Positions 1 through 10,080 of a stretch of DNA of 64,000 nt are shown one piece after another; within the stretch, counting starts at the first letter, position 1; every line of letters begins with the position of its first letter. Made by a program: the position numbers and the translations under genes. Under the pieces are notes generated by a model. The model ran no database searches, was not told where the DNA came from, and was given only the letters and a program-made list of their open reading frames with translations. This DNA is from Muribaculaceae bacterium (GTDB lineage: Bacteria > Bacteroidota > Bacteroidia > Bacteroidales > Muribaculaceae), in assembly GCA_009775225.1 (NCBI GenBank), contig VSPE01000004.1, positions 15,667 to 79,666 of the forward strand, in the 5' to 3' direction.

Positions 1-838
1 CCTCGCTGAATATTACATTGTCGCCCTTGATAAACAGCTCTACGCCGAAGATGCCGTAGCCGCCGAGAGCATCGGTCACGGCCTTGGCCACGCGCTGTGC
101 TTCTGCCAGAGCTGCATCGCTCATGGGCTGGGCCTGCCAGGAGTAGCGGTAGTCGCCGTCTACCTGAATGTGGCCTACGGGCGGACAGAATACGGTGCCC
201 GACACGCTGCGTACGGTGAGGAGTGTGATTTCGTAGTCGAAGTCTACGAAACCTTCCACGATAACGCGTCCGGCGCCGGCGCGGCCGCCTTCCTGTGCTT
301 CTTTCCAGGCCTCTTCGATTTGCTCGTCGCTGCGCACTGTCGACTGGCCGTGGCCCGAGGAACTCATTACGGGCTTCACTACCACAGGAAGTCCTATTTC
401 TTCAATCGCTGCCTTGAATTCCTCATAGGTCGAGGCAAAACGGTAGGGCGACGTGGGCAGACCGAGTTCTTCTGCGGCGAGGCGGCGTATGCCTTCGCGG
501 TTCATGGTAAGGAGGGCCGCACGTGCGGTGGGTGTCACGTTGTAGCCTTCTTTCTCCAGTTCTACGAGGGTAGGAGTGGCTATGGCCTCGATTTCTGGGA
601 TGATGTGGTCGGGCTTCTCTTGTTCTATAACCTGACGGAGGGCTTCGCCGTCGAGCATATTGAACACATACGAGCGGTGTGCTACCTGCATGGCGGGTGC
701 GTTGGCGTACTTATCGCAGGCGATGACTTCAACGCCGAGGCGCTGCAGTTCGATTGCGACTTCTTTGCCGAGCTCGCCACTGCCGAGGAGTAGTGCTTTG
801 CGGCCTACCGTGGTCATTACTGAGCCTATTTTTGCCAT
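1..838 (-). CDS. purT: formate-dependent phosphoribosylglycinamide formyltransferase (GAR transformylase 2); C-terminus runs off the window
   Basis: Not in the ORF track (no stop in window). Reverse translation from the ATG at 836-838 reads [54 protein letters not shown]...[14 protein letters not shown]...[25 protein letters not shown]. This is collinear with E. coli PurT (ATP-grasp). The + strand ORF 170..793 is its antisense artefact. Confidence 0.9.
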   Translation of the reverse strand, partial: MAKIGSVMTTVGRKALLLGSGELGKEVAIELQRLGVEVIACDKYANAPAMQVAHRSYVFNMLDGEALRQVIEQEKPDHIIPEIEAIATPTLVELEKEGYNVTPTARAALLTMNREGIRRLAAEELGLPTSPYRFASTYEEFKAAIEEIGLPVVVKPVMSSSGHGQSTVRSDEQIEEAWKEAQEGGRAGAGRVIVEGFVDFDYEITLLTVRSVSGTVFCPPVGHIQVDGDYRYSWQAQPMSDAALAEAQRVAKAVTDALGGYGIFGVELFIKGDNVIFSE

Positions 839-866
839 TAGTACCTTAGGAATTAAGAATGAATAA

Positions 867-1658
867 TTATAAATTGAAAATCATTTTTGAATTGTAGGTT
901 GTTGTCTCCGCCGCTTCATCGGGCGATATGCCGAGACCCCTGGCGATTGCTGCGACAATGAGGGGGATATATGCGCTCTCGTTGCGCCTGCCGCGGTGTG
1001 GCGTCGGTGCAAGGTAGGGCGAGTCTGTCTCTGTGAGGATGCGCTGTGCGCCAATGGCGGGGAGCACCTCGGCGAGTCGTGAGTTCTTGAACGTGACAAT
1101 TCCGTTTATGCCGAAGTAGTGGTCGCCGTGGCGCCGTATTGCCTCTACATCATCTGTTGTGCCGCCGAAGCTGTGGAATATGGCTCTGGCGTCGGGATGC
1201 CCCTGTAGCACTTCGAGAGTCTGTGCGAGTCCTTCGCGGCAGTGTATTATTATAGGAAGTCCGAGAGCGGTGGCCTTTCCGGCCTGAATGTCGAGCGCCT
1301 GCATCTGCTCGTCGGCGAATGTCTTGTCCCAGTAGAGGTCTATGCCCACTTCACCCACGGCGCAGTAATCGCTCAGATGTGTTTCAAGTTCGTCTGTCAC
1401 GGCCTTGAGGTCGCTGCGCCATGTGTCGCGCACCTCGGTGGGGTGGAGACCCATAGCCATAGCAGTGCAGCCGGGTCGCTTGCTGTGCAGCGCGCGCATC
1501 GGCTCTATGGTGGAGAGGTCTACATTCGGCAGTATCATCATATCCACGCCGGCCTGTACGGCGCGGTCTGCGGTCTCGCATTGGCCGCAGCAAGAGCCCA
1601 CGTCCTGCCCTTCGGTGTCGAACTCGGGCATGTAGATGTGGGTGTGTGTATCTATCAT
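867..1658 (-). CDS. TatD-family metal-dependent hydrolase
   Basis: 263-aa ORF with ATG at 1656-1658. N-terminal MIDTHTHIY (HxH metal motif) and overall TatD-like layout. Its start lies 1 nt after the upstream stop. Confidence 0.85.
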   Translation of the reverse strand: MIDTHTHIYMPEFDTEGQDVGSCCGQCETADRAVQAGVDMMILPNVDLSTIEPMRALHSKRPGCTAMAMGLHPTEVRDTWRSDLKAVTDELETHLSDYCAVGEVGIDLYWDKTFADEQMQALDIQAGKATALGLPIIIHCREGLAQTLEVLQGHPDARAIFHSFGGTTDDVEAIRRHGDHYFGINGIVTFKNSRLAEVLPAIGAQRILTETDSPYLAPTPHRGRRNESAYIPLIVAAIARGLGISPDEAAETTTYNSKMIFNL

Positions 1659-1659
1659 A

Positions 1660-2625
1660 TCAGTGGTTGCGGGTAGCGGCGTTTGTGGCGAGCGATTTGA
1701 AGAAAGCCCGGGCGGTAGCGTCCATTTCGAGTTCGTCGATTGCCGCTATCGCGTCTTTGGCATATCGGGCGGCAAGCTCGTCGCAGCGTCTGTCGAGGCC
1801 GAGGCTGCGGTAGATTTCAGTCACGCGGGACACCTTTTCTTCGCGGTCGAGTTTGTTGCTGAGCAGCGGCGTTATCTGTTCGGGCGCCTCGTTGAGGGCC
1901 GTAATCAGAAGCCATGTTTTCTTGTTGTTGGCAATGTCGCCGCCTATCTCTTTGCCGAATACGGCGGGGTCGCCGAAAGTGTCGAGCCAGTCGTCGCGGA
2001 GCTGGAAGGCAAGGCCGAGAGCGAGGCCGTAGTCATAGAGCCGACGGCACACTTCCTTTTCGGCATCTGCGAGCATGGCGCCTATAGTGCAGCCGCATGC
2101 TATGAGCACTGATGTTTTGAGGCGTATCATTTCTATGTACTCGTCGACCTTCACATCGGTGCGCGACTCAAATTCCATATCGAGTTGCTGGCCCTGATAT
2201 ACTTCCATTGCCGTGTGGTTGAACACTTCGAATATGTTGGCGAAGCGGCTTCCGGCGCCTTCGGCAAGCAAGCCGTAGGCCATGGTGAGCATGGCATCGC
2301 CTGAGAGAATGGCTGCGTTCTGACCGCTGCGGCGGTGTACGGTCGGCCGGCCGCGCCTGAGGTCAGCGTTGTCCATCACGTCGTCGTGCAGCAGGGTAAA
2401 ATTGTGGAACATCTCTACGGCTATTGCCTGATGTGCTATTTCAAGCGGTTCGCGGCGCGATACTGCGGCATAGGCGGCCATGCAGAGTGCGGGGCGCAGA
2501 CGCTTGCCGCCGCTTGCCATTGTGTATTGGATTGGCTCGTAAAGGCCGGGGGCGGTGGTCGGATATGATATGCCGGCTATGGCGTCTTCAGCCAGCCCTG
2601 TAAAATAGTCGAGAGTGTACTCCAT
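1660..2625 (-). CDS. polyprenyl diphosphate synthase (trans-isoprenyl diphosphate synthase family)
   Basis: Two Asp-rich motifs, LLHDDVMDNADLRRG and QLRDDWLD. The ORF-track start at 2661 is TTG. The first ATG at 2623-2625 (MEYTLDYF) is preferred because a TAnnTTTG box sits at 2664-2671. Confidence 0.85.
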   Translation of the reverse strand: MEYTLDYFTGLAEDAIAGISYPTTAPGLYEPIQYTMASGGKRLRPALCMAAYAAVSRREPLEIAHQAIAVEMFHNFTLLHDDVMDNADLRRGRPTVHRRSGQNAAILSGDAMLTMAYGLLAEGAGSRFANIFEVFNHTAMEVYQGQQLDMEFESRTDVKVDEYIEMIRLKTSVLIACGCTIGAMLADAEKEVCRRLYDYGLALGLAFQLRDDWLDTFGDPAVFGKEIGGDIANNKKTWLLITALNEAPEQITPLLSNKLDREEKVSRVTEIYRSLGLDRRCDELAARYAKDAIAAIDELEMDATARAFFKSLATNAATRNH

Positions 2626-2663
2626 TGGGGAGGGTGTGATAAATGGTGAATTATTCGGCAATG

Positions 2664-2671
2664 CAAAGATA
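2664..2671 (-). promoter_or_regulatory. candidate Bacteroidota -7 promoter box (TATCTTTG) for the polyprenyl synthase/tatD/purT unit
   Basis: Plus strand caaagata is the reverse complement of TATCTTTG and matches TAnnTTTG. It lies 38 nt upstream of the ATG at 2625. No -33 TTTG was seen. Confidence 0.4.
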
Positions 2672-2675
2672 GCTA

Positions 2676-2702
2676 TTTTCGGTGGAATAATAAAACCGAA
2701 AA
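2676..2702 (-). terminator. candidate hairpin terminator at the 3' end of the pigment-cluster transcription unit
   Basis: 8-bp stem ttttcggt/accgaaaa with an 11-nt loop, 20 nt downstream of the stop at 2723. The trailing U-tract is weak. Confidence 0.4.
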
Positions 2703-2722
2703 TGCGCTTGCTTGTGCTTTGT

Positions 2723-3115
2723 TCATTTCTTTTCAGCCTTCTTGTCGGAGCCGAAGAGCCCCTGTATAAAGCTTACTCCCTGATTAATCTTGTCGCCCAC
2801 GTTAGTGCCTACGCTGTCCACTTTGCCGCCTATGTTGTTTACTCTGTTGGCAATGCGGTATTTGGTGTAGCGTCCTTTGTATTTGAAAAACTCGTCGCGC
2901 TCTTTCTGTGTCATGTCTTTTTTGTACACATCGTCGTACTGCTTCATGAACACGTTGTATGTCGAGTCGGCGCGCAGGTGGTCGGCGCGGGTCATGGTGG
3001 TGTCGGTGGATACCTTGTTTACGAAGGTGCCGAAGTCCGTTATAAATTCACGCGGCGTAGTCGCCGAAGTGCATATTGCTGTAGCAAGAGCGCAGATTAT
3101 TAATATCTTTCTCAT
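2723..3115 (-). CDS. small secreted protein, function unknown (last gene of the pigment cluster)
   Basis: The ORF-track start is TTG. The ATG at 3113-3115 gives MRKILIICALATAICTSATT, a signal peptide. Lys-rich; no recognisable domain. Confidence 0.6.
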   Translation of the reverse strand: MRKILIICALATAICTSATTPREFITDFGTFVNKVSTDTTMTRADHLRADSTYNVFMKQYDDVYKKDMTQKERDEFFKYKGRYTKYRIANRVNNIGGKVDSVGTNVGDKINQGVSFIQGLFGSDKKAEKK

Positions 3116-3120
3116 AAATA

Positions 3121-6100
3121 TCAATATCCTTTTATCGTTATGAAATCTGTTGAATGAGGCGCATAGTCGTCCTCACCTTTTGCTAAAACGCGGAATTTGG
3201 GTGTGCTGTTCGCATCGGCATCATATACGTGCTCCGATACAGTTACGTTTCGCACGAAGTCTTCTATGCAGCCACGCAGCAACTCGCGGTTCTCAGGTAT
3301 GCCGAGGCTGCATATTATCTTTTTGCCGGGGTACATCAGGGCAAGCATCAGGGCAAGCTCGCCTCGGCCTTCGCGGTCGTACACGGCCATGGTGTCGCAG
3401 CCGTCGGGTACACGCAGAAGGTCGGCTTGTCTCACAAAGGCACGCAGGGCGCGACGGGCCTGCCTCTCTACATCGCTGCCCTTGTATATATAGCGGTCGA
3501 TTACTATCGGGCGTACACCCTCTGGAGTATAGATGTTGCTGTATATACGGCTGAGTTCGAGTCGGTAGCGGCGGCGTATCTCTTTTGCCTGGGCGAGAGT
3601 GTCGCCGATTCTGTCGAGACTTTGGCGGCTTATGCGTTCGCCCACTTCGATACACAGGGTTCCGCCGTTGGAGAGAGCCGAGCCTTTGGGCATAATCCTG
3701 AGCAGACCTTCAAAGTATACAGGCACGATGTCGAGCCCCAGCTCTTTGGCTATGTGGAAGGCACCTTTGCGGAAACGGAGTATGTCGGTGTCGGTAGCGT
3801 CGGGGCGCTCGCCCTCGGGGAAGATTGCCACGCTGAAGCCCTCCTCCACCAATGGTCGCAGACGGGCCACTATGTTGGACGCTCCTTCGCCGACCGTCAT
3901 GAAATTGCTCCAGCGGAATATCGTGCCTACTATGGGGTTGAGCTTTATGTGGTCGTTGGCAAGCATTATTATCTTTGGAGCCACGAACATCATGCAAAAC
4001 GAATCGAGCATCGACTGATGATTGCACACTATTACCGCCGGGCGGCTGAAATCCTCCCCGTTGTCGTTGCGGAATACGAACCTTATGCCGGGCATCCTCT
4101 TTATGTCGAAGCGGAATACCGAGCAGTTGTAGCGGTGGAACAGTTCGCGTTTACGGGCCGTGGGCCGTGTGAGCACAAACAGGAAGAAGCCGAGAATATA
4201 TGCCGTGAGCAGTTGTGCCATGAATACCACGGCGCAGAAGCCCGTACACAATATCTTTTTCAGGGTCACGGGGCGGTAACGCAGGCGCCCGCCGCTGCGC
4301 ACAAGCCAATTGAATATCAGTGGCGGGAAGAGATAGGCCATAAGCACCACCGAGAGCATGCCCACCACCGTAACTTCGCCAAGAGAGCGCAGGGCCGGAT
4401 GCTTGGCGAAGAGCAGGGTGCCGATGCCTATGAACATTATAAGTGCCGACACCACAATACTGTTTTTATACGATGCCAGCAGCTTCTTGCGGTAGGCCAG
4501 TTCATAGGAGAGTCCTTCCGTCATGAATATGGTATAGTCGTCGCCCTGCCCGAAGATAAAGGTGGCAAGTATCACGTTTACGATATTGAACTTGATGCCG
4601 AGCATGCTCATTATGCCGAGTATCCATACCCAGCTGAAAGCCATAGGCATGAACGACACTATGGCAAGCTCTATGCTGCCAAGCGATATCCACAGGAAGG
4701 CGAACACTATGAAGCCGCACGCAAAGCCTATGTAGTTGAAGTCGTCGGAGAGGGTGTCGGCGATAGAGCCGTTCATACTTCTTACATCGAAAAACAGTCC
4801 TCTGAACTCGCGCTCACGCTCCAGTGCCTGCTTTACGCTCTCCATAGAGTCGGTGGGCACCGACAGTACCTGCACCAGCGACTTGCTGCACGTGCCGCTG
4901 TTCTCGCTCACGTTGCCCATAAAGACAGTGGATATAAGTTCGTCGAAGTCCTCGAACGGGCGTGGCTCGTATTCGGCCTCTATTATATCCGCGAACGTGG
5001 CGAAGGCCGTGGGGCTGAAACCGTGTCGTTGAGCAGCTTCGGCGAGTCCGTCGGAAAGCATGGTGCTGTAGCGGGAGCGGAAATCGTTCCACCGCTGCAG
5101 GCGTCGCTGCTGTTCGGCGCCGGAGACCAGAAACGACGACACCTCGCTTTGCCGCACGCCGGCGCCGACAGCTACAATAGAGTCGATGGTACGGTCTATC
5201 ACCTCGTTTTGCTCCAGTGCCTCTTCCCAGTCCGTGCCGTTGCTCACCACGTAGAGGCTTTCGGTACCTCCTGCCCTGTTGACAAGGCTCTGGAAGTATG
5301 CCATGTCGGCCTTCTGCTCAGCTGTCATGTAGTTGATGTTGCGCATGTCGGAGTCGAATTCGGTATCAAGGCTGAACCATGCGAATACAGCCGTGAGGGC
5401 GAGCACAATCCACACCGCCCATTTGCTCTTTTCGAGCGACAGGCTTGCTATACGCGTTATCAGCACAGGTTCGGGTGCGGGAGCTTCGCCGCGGCGGCGC
5501 GTATGCACTACATGTGGCAGGAACAGCAGCACGAAGACAATCGTGCCGACAAGCAGCAGTGAACTGAACAATCCCAGGTCGTGCAGTGCCGGAGAGTTGA
5601 GCGGAACAAGGCACAGGAAGGCACCGACGGTGGTCACGTTGCCGACCACGAGCGGCGACACTATCTCGCGTAGTGCGCTGCGCGGGTGCTCGCTCTCCTT
5701 GAGGTGGTCTATCAGGTGGAGCGGATAGTTCACGGCTATGCCCAGTATCACCGAGGCTATGCCTATCACGATTATGGATACAGAGTCGTAGTACAGGGCT
5801 ATCGCCCCCATGGCGAAGAGCCAGCCCCAGCCCACCGACACAAGTATGAGGAGGATGTTCCGCGCGTTGCGGAATACATATATCAGCAGGGCGAGTATGA
5901 GTATGCCTGCAATCACCACAGCCAGAATACTGTCGCGCTTTATGCGGTCTGCGTTCGCCACCGCAATCACGGGGCCTCCCGTAATGTGTATGTCGAGAGT
6001 CGTGTCCGCAGCCTCGGCCCGGTTGCGGCACTCCTGCAGCATGCTCACAAGGGCGGCGTTGTGTTCCGACTCATGTGCTCCGAAGGCCGACTCAATTATT

Positions 6101-6744
6101 ACTATGGCTTTTTTGCCGTCGGGCGAGAGTATGTAGCCGTCGTAGGTGTCGAAGTCTATGCTTATGCCGCCTTGGCGAAGGCGTCCGAGCAGCGGAGTGA
6201 ACAGATTGAGAGGGTCGCGGCTTATGTTGGAGGTAAGCACGTTGGCCGACGGGAAAAGCAGCATCTGCTTGTCTTCGATGAGCTGCCTGTCAATATATCC
6301 CGGCTCCGACAGGAGGCTGTCGATACGCGCGTAGTCGGCTTCGGTAAGGAAATACGGCACGTTTTCGTACACAATGTCGGTTATGCCGAGCATCTTTTCC
6401 ATAGCCACCTCTTTCATGATGCTGCTGATGTAGCCGAGCGAGTCGGCGCTCTCAAGCTCTGAGCAGAATGTCTCCACTCCGTCGGCGAGTATGCGCGGCT
6501 CGGTCGAGGCGGAGTCGCGGCACGATATTATCGCATAAATCTTGTTGGCGCCGGATATATCCTGGTACACCGACAGGGCCGTCTGGTTCTTCTCGTCGAG
6601 CGGAAGGAAGTCCGATATGTCTTCCTTGTAGTTCAGTGTCAGTACTGAGGCTGTGAGCGCTGACGTGACAACGATGAAGAGTGCCGCGGCAAAGAGCGGA
6701 TGCCGCCGGAAACAGTCGTATATGGAGAGCACGAGTCGGTTCAT
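3121..6744 (-). CDS. MMPL/RND-type exporter fused to a PlsC-type acyltransferase and a C-terminal extension
   Basis: 1207 aa. Residues 1 to about 815 contain two blocks of TM helices separated by soluble loops (MMPL-like). Residues about 895-1040 carry the acyltransferase motifs CNHQSMLD (HX4D) and FPEGER. Residues about 1075-1207 are an uncharacterised extension. ATGA overlap with the upstream gene at 6741-6744. Confidence 0.85.
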   Translation of the reverse strand: MNRLVLSIYDCFRRHPLFAAALFIVVTSALTASVLTLNYKEDISDFLPLDEKNQTALSVYQDISGANKIYAIISCRDSASTEPRILADGVETFCSELESADSLGYISSIMKEVAMEKMLGITDIVYENVPYFLTEADYARIDSLLSEPGYIDRQLIEDKQMLLFPSANVLTSNISRDPLNLFTPLLGRLRQGGISIDFDTYDGYILSPDGKKAIVIIESAFGAHESEHNAALVSMLQECRNRAEAADTTLDIHITGGPVIAVANADRIKRDSILAVVIAGILILALLIYVFRNARNILLILVSVGWGWLFAMGAIALYYDSVSIIVIGIASVILGIAVNYPLHLIDHLKESEHPRSALREIVSPLVVGNVTTVGAFLCLVPLNSPALHDLGLFSSLLLVGTIVFVLLFLPHVVHTRRRGEAPAPEPVLITRIASLSLEKSKWAVWIVLALTAVFAWFSLDTEFDSDMRNINYMTAEQKADMAYFQSLVNRAGGTESLYVVSNGTDWEEALEQNEVIDRTIDSIVAVGAGVRQSEVSSFLVSGAEQQRRLQRWNDFRSRYSTMLSDGLAEAAQRHGFSPTAFATFADIIEAEYEPRPFEDFDELISTVFMGNVSENSGTCSKSLVQVLSVPTDSMESVKQALEREREFRGLFFDVRSMNGSIADTLSDDFNYIGFACGFIVFAFLWISLGSIELAIVSFMPMAFSWVWILGIMSMLGIKFNIVNVILATFIFGQGDDYTIFMTEGLSYELAYRKKLLASYKNSIVVSALIMFIGIGTLLFAKHPALRSLGEVTVVGMLSVVLMAYLFPPLIFNWLVRSGGRLRYRPVTLKKILCTGFCAVVFMAQLLTAYILGFFLFVLTRPTARKRELFHRYNCSVFRFDIKRMPGIRFVFRNDNGEDFSRPAVIVCNHQSMLDSFCMMFVAPKIIMLANDHIKLNPIVGTIFRWSNFMTVGEGASNIVARLRPLVEEGFSVAIFPEGERPDATDTDILRFRKGAFHIAKELGLDIVPVYFEGLLRIMPKGSALSNGGTLCIEVGERISRQSLDRIGDTLAQAKEIRRRYRLELSRIYSNIYTPEGVRPIVIDRYIYKGSDVERQARRALRAFVRQADLLRVPDGCDTMAVYDREGRGELALMLALMYPGKKIICSLGIPENRELLRGCIEDFVRNVTVSEHVYDADANSTPKFRVLAKGEDDYAPHSTDFITIKGY

Positions 6745-7874
6745 TTCGCAGTAATCTTGGAGTTGACAGGATTGGCATATATCCCTAAAAATATATCGGC
6801 AATAGTCTCAAGTTCGCTTTCCTGATATACTTCCAGTGAGCGCAGATGCTCGCGGAAGCGTTCTTTCTGTTCCGGGGTATAGCGGTCGGAGTATTTTTTT
6901 GTGCCGTAGCGCATATCGTGAGCTATATAGTTGTTGGGGAAGAGACGGTAGGCGCTGTTGATGCGACTGTCGATGAGGGCGGCCACTTCCTTTACATATT
7001 CGGCGCGGGTAAGGCTCTCGTACTGTGCCATTTCCTCGCGTTGCAGAGGCTCGCAGATGTCGATGCTCACCGCTCCTTTCCGTGCCACGATGCCGGAGAT
7101 GATGCTGTTGAGGTCTTCGCCCGGTTTCTTCACATATCTGGTAAAGCGCGATTCGTATAGCTCGAGGGCCTTGGCCACGTCGCAGGTTTCCCATTCGTAA
7201 GATACTGCCACGGGCACTATGCGTAGAGAGTCCAGCGCCTCAATCTTGTCGGAGGGCATACTTCCGGCAAGCATGCTTATAAGCCCCGGCTCGGTGCGGT
7301 CTATGCCGTCCTTGGTGCGGCCGTTGCGCTGCGCTATCCACACTGAGCTGTGCCGCTCCGTGATGGTGTGGCGGATGTAGTCGGAAAGCAGCAGAGACGA
7401 GCGGTAGAAATCTTTGAAAGAACCGCCGCGCTCCACTCTGAACATTTTGTTGGCGCGGCCTATGTCGATGAGCAGAGGCAGGCTCATGAGGTTGGCGCCG
7501 AATGTTATCTCCGAAGTCTCGTAGCCGTTGAGATGCAGTATGTGTTGCAGCAGACTTGCGTCAAGCATTATGTCGCGGTGGTTCGATACGAAGAGGTAGC
7601 TCTTGTCGCGGCTCAGCTGCTCGAGACCCGAATAGGAGAAGTGCGATATACTGCGTTCTATTATGCGCTCGTTCACCGGGACCATCACCATACGCTGGAA
7701 GTCCGCTATGCTTTTTATCGACAGCACACGGCGCCGCACACTCTCGGTGTCTTCGTCGGGGAAGACATACGATGCTATGAGCGGAAACATTTCGCTGCGG
7801 GCTATCCGCTCCATTGTGGCGGGTATCTCGGCGTCGGTATAGGGCCGGATGTTGTCGAAACGGCTTGTATCCAT
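6741..7874 (-). CDS. glycerolipid acyltransferase-family protein
   Basis: 377 aa. The segments VSNHRDIMLDASL and AQRNGRTKDG resemble the Bacteroidota PlsC/GPAT-like acyltransferase family. Its start overlaps the upstream stop by 1 nt (TGATG). Confidence 0.7.
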   Translation of the reverse strand: MDTSRFDNIRPYTDAEIPATMERIARSEMFPLIASYVFPDEDTESVRRRVLSIKSIADFQRMVMVPVNERIIERSISHFSYSGLEQLSRDKSYLFVSNHRDIMLDASLLQHILHLNGYETSEITFGANLMSLPLLIDIGRANKMFRVERGGSFKDFYRSSLLLSDYIRHTITERHSSVWIAQRNGRTKDGIDRTEPGLISMLAGSMPSDKIEALDSLRIVPVAVSYEWETCDVAKALELYESRFTRYVKKPGEDLNSIISGIVARKGAVSIDICEPLQREEMAQYESLTRAEYVKEVAALIDSRINSAYRLFPNNYIAHDMRYGTKKYSDRYTPEQKERFREHLRSLEVYQESELETIADIFLGIYANPVNSKITAK

Positions 7875-9181
7875 CAGTCTTTACGGCGTTTGTCGATAAA
7901 TTTTACAGGCTTGCGGCTATTGCCCGGATTGTTGATTTTGTTTATGTCTTCGGGCGACATTATCTCTACTATCGGGGCTACGCGTATGCGCGAGCGGAAG
8001 CGGTCTTTGAGGTCTTTGATTACATCGAAGTGCTGAGGCGAGTTCAGCCCTACCTTCACGTGAACCTCGTCGGTGCCGGCAAAACTGTTCTGCACCTCCA
8101 CGACGTAGTTGGCCACGTAGGGAGTGTTGTCGAGCACATCGTTGATTGCCGGAGGGTAGATTGTTGTGCCTTTGAGCTTTATCATGTTGTTCTTGCGGCC
8201 TATCAGCGGGGTAAGGCGGTAGGAGTTGCGACCGCACCGGCATTGTCCTGTAATCTTGCTGCTCATGTCGCCCGTGCGGAAACGCAGCAAGGGCATGCCT
8301 TCCACACCGAGGGTGGTTACCACCACTTCGCCGGTCTCGCCGTCGGCCACAGGTTTGTTGTCCTCGCCGATAATCTCCACTATCACGAGTTCGGGGTGCA
8401 CGTGGCCCCCGCAGCCGTAGGGACACTCCGAGAATGTGGCGCCCATCTCGGTAGAGGAGTAGGTGGTATAAAGCTCCACATCCCATTTCTCGTGTATGCG
8501 TGCTCCCAGGAGGTTGAGGCTGAAATCGGGTTGCCGCAGGCTCTCGCCTATGCCTATTATGCGGCGAATGCTCGAGTTGCGGTAGTCTATGCCGTGCTGC
8601 TCGGCATAATCTATCAGGCGCAGTATAAACGACGGCACGCACATTATCGTGTCGGGATTGAGCCTTCGTATGGTATCCCACTGAAGCTCTGGCATGCCGT
8701 TGCCTACACGGATGATGCTTGCTCCAAGCTTGCGGATGCCCAGGAAGTAGGCAAGGCCGGCCATGAAGCGCTTGTCGAGAGTTACCATAAGCTGTACGAT
8801 GTCGCCTGGAGCGACGCCGGCACAGCCGAACGATTTCATCTCGTTGTAGGCCAGACGTTCGAGGTCGCTGTCGGTGCATCCGAATGTCACCGGGTCGCCT
8901 AGCGTGCCCGACGTGGTGATATAGTCGATGATTTTGGCCGGCGGAACGCACAGAAAGTCGGCATTGTGCAGTTGTAGGTCTTTTTTCTCGGTGAAAGGTA
9001 TGCGCTGAAGGCCGGATATGGTGTGTATCTCGGTCACATCTATGCCGTTCTCACGGAACATACGCTGATAGAATGGCGAGTGGGCGGCAAGATAGTCCAG
9101 CGCCACGCGCAGGCGTCCGCACTGGAAATCCTCTATTTCCACAGCTGTGCGGAACTCTATGTCGGTGGTGGTATGTGTCAT
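7874..9181 (-). CDS. phenylacetate-CoA ligase-like (PaaK/F390 synthetase family) adenylating enzyme; probable aryl starter activation
   Basis: 435 aa, with TTSGTLGDP (P-loop-like AMP-binding motif) and a PaaK-like size and layout. ATGA overlap with the upstream gene at 9178-9181. Confidence 0.8.
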   Translation of the reverse strand: MTHTTTDIEFRTAVEIEDFQCGRLRVALDYLAAHSPFYQRMFRENGIDVTEIHTISGLQRIPFTEKKDLQLHNADFLCVPPAKIIDYITTSGTLGDPVTFGCTDSDLERLAYNEMKSFGCAGVAPGDIVQLMVTLDKRFMAGLAYFLGIRKLGASIIRVGNGMPELQWDTIRRLNPDTIMCVPSFILRLIDYAEQHGIDYRNSSIRRIIGIGESLRQPDFSLNLLGARIHEKWDVELYTTYSSTEMGATFSECPYGCGGHVHPELVIVEIIGEDNKPVADGETGEVVVTTLGVEGMPLLRFRTGDMSSKITGQCRCGRNSYRLTPLIGRKNNMIKLKGTTIYPPAINDVLDNTPYVANYVVEVQNSFAGTDEVHVKVGLNSPQHFDVIKDLKDRFRSRIRVAPIVEIMSPEDINKINNPGNSRKPVKFIDKRRKD

Positions 9182-10080
9182 TTCAGAATTTCTTTCAGCC
9201 AGTTCAGAAAGTCGTTTTTCCAGGCTATCGCTTCGGCTGTGGTCTTTTCGGGAGTAGCGCCGAACCCGTGGCCGCCGGTGCGGTACTGCACGTAGCGGTG
9301 TTCCACACCTTGCGCCGTCATGGCGGAGTCGAGCAGTTCGGAGTTCCGGTATTTCACTATAGGGTCGTCAACGCAGTTCATAAGGAAGGTCGGTGGCATG
9401 TCACGGCGAACATGGCGCTCCAGCGACAGCGAGTCCTTCATCGCGGCGCTTATGGAGGGCCCTTCGCCGAGGAGTCCGCGGCGTGAGCGTTTGTGTGTGC
9501 ATCGGTCGACCAGCGACACCACCGGATATATAGGCGCTATGAAGTCGGGACGGAGCGACACCTGCGGGTGCACGCCCGTGGCCGACAGCACGTCGGTATC
9601 GAAAAAGATGCCCGACATGGCAGTCAGGTGCCCGCCGGCCGAGAAGCCCATTACGCCGAGACGCGTCGGGTCGATGCCGTAGGCATCGGCGTTCTCGCGC
9701 ACAAGCTGTATGCTGCGCTGCACGTCCTGAAGCATATCGGGGTAGCGGTTGCCACGTGCTACGAGGCGGTAGTGGGTGATAAAGCCCGGTATGCCTCCCA
9801 CGCGGTATTCGAGCACGAAGGCCGATATGCCCTCCGACTGCAGCCACTGAGCCACGTCGTCGCCCTCGGTCTTTTTGTCGAGCCAGAAATAGCTGCCGCC
9901 GGGGCACACTATCACGGCTGTGTTGCCCGAGCCTTCCGCAAGGTAGGGGGTGAGCGTAACCTTGGCCTTGCACCCGGTGCCTTCCCAGATGTTGAGCGGC
10001 GCACTATGCGCACTGCTGTAGAGGGCACTCAGAAGCACGCCGACGCTCAGCGCAATGGTTCTAAATATCTTTGTTCGCAT
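9178..10080 (-). CDS. secreted alpha/beta hydrolase (esterase/lipase type)
   Basis: 300 aa with signal peptide MRTKIFRTIALSVGVLLSALYSSAHS. GFSAGGH is a nucleophile elbow (GxSxG) and VCPGGSYFW is an HGG-like region. Confidence 0.8.
   Translation of the reverse strand: MRTKIFRTIALSVGVLLSALYSSAHSAPLNIWEGTGCKAKVTLTPYLAEGSGNTAVIVCPGGSYFWLDKKTEGDDVAQWLQSEGISAFVLEYRVGGIPGFITHYRLVARGNRYPDMLQDVQRSIQLVRENADAYGIDPTRLGVMGFSAGGHLTAMSGIFFDTDVLSATGVHPQVSLRPDFIAPIYPVVSLVDRCTHKRSRRGLLGEGPSISAAMKDSLSLERHVRRDMPPTFLMNCVDDPIVKYRNSELLDSAMTAQGVEHRYVQYRTGGHGFGATPEKTTAEAIAWKNDFLNWLKEILK

Noticed and set aside
3229-5562. 777-aa plus-strand ORF (and other long plus-strand ORFs such as 7814..8902, 5686..6462 and 48630..49400)
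   Set aside because: Each lies entirely antisense to a strongly supported minus-strand gene (MMPL fusion, PaaK-like ligase, symporter). Composition is odd (Y/H/A/V/E/G-rich) with no recognisable motif. Long open antisense frames are expected in G+C-rich coding DNA.
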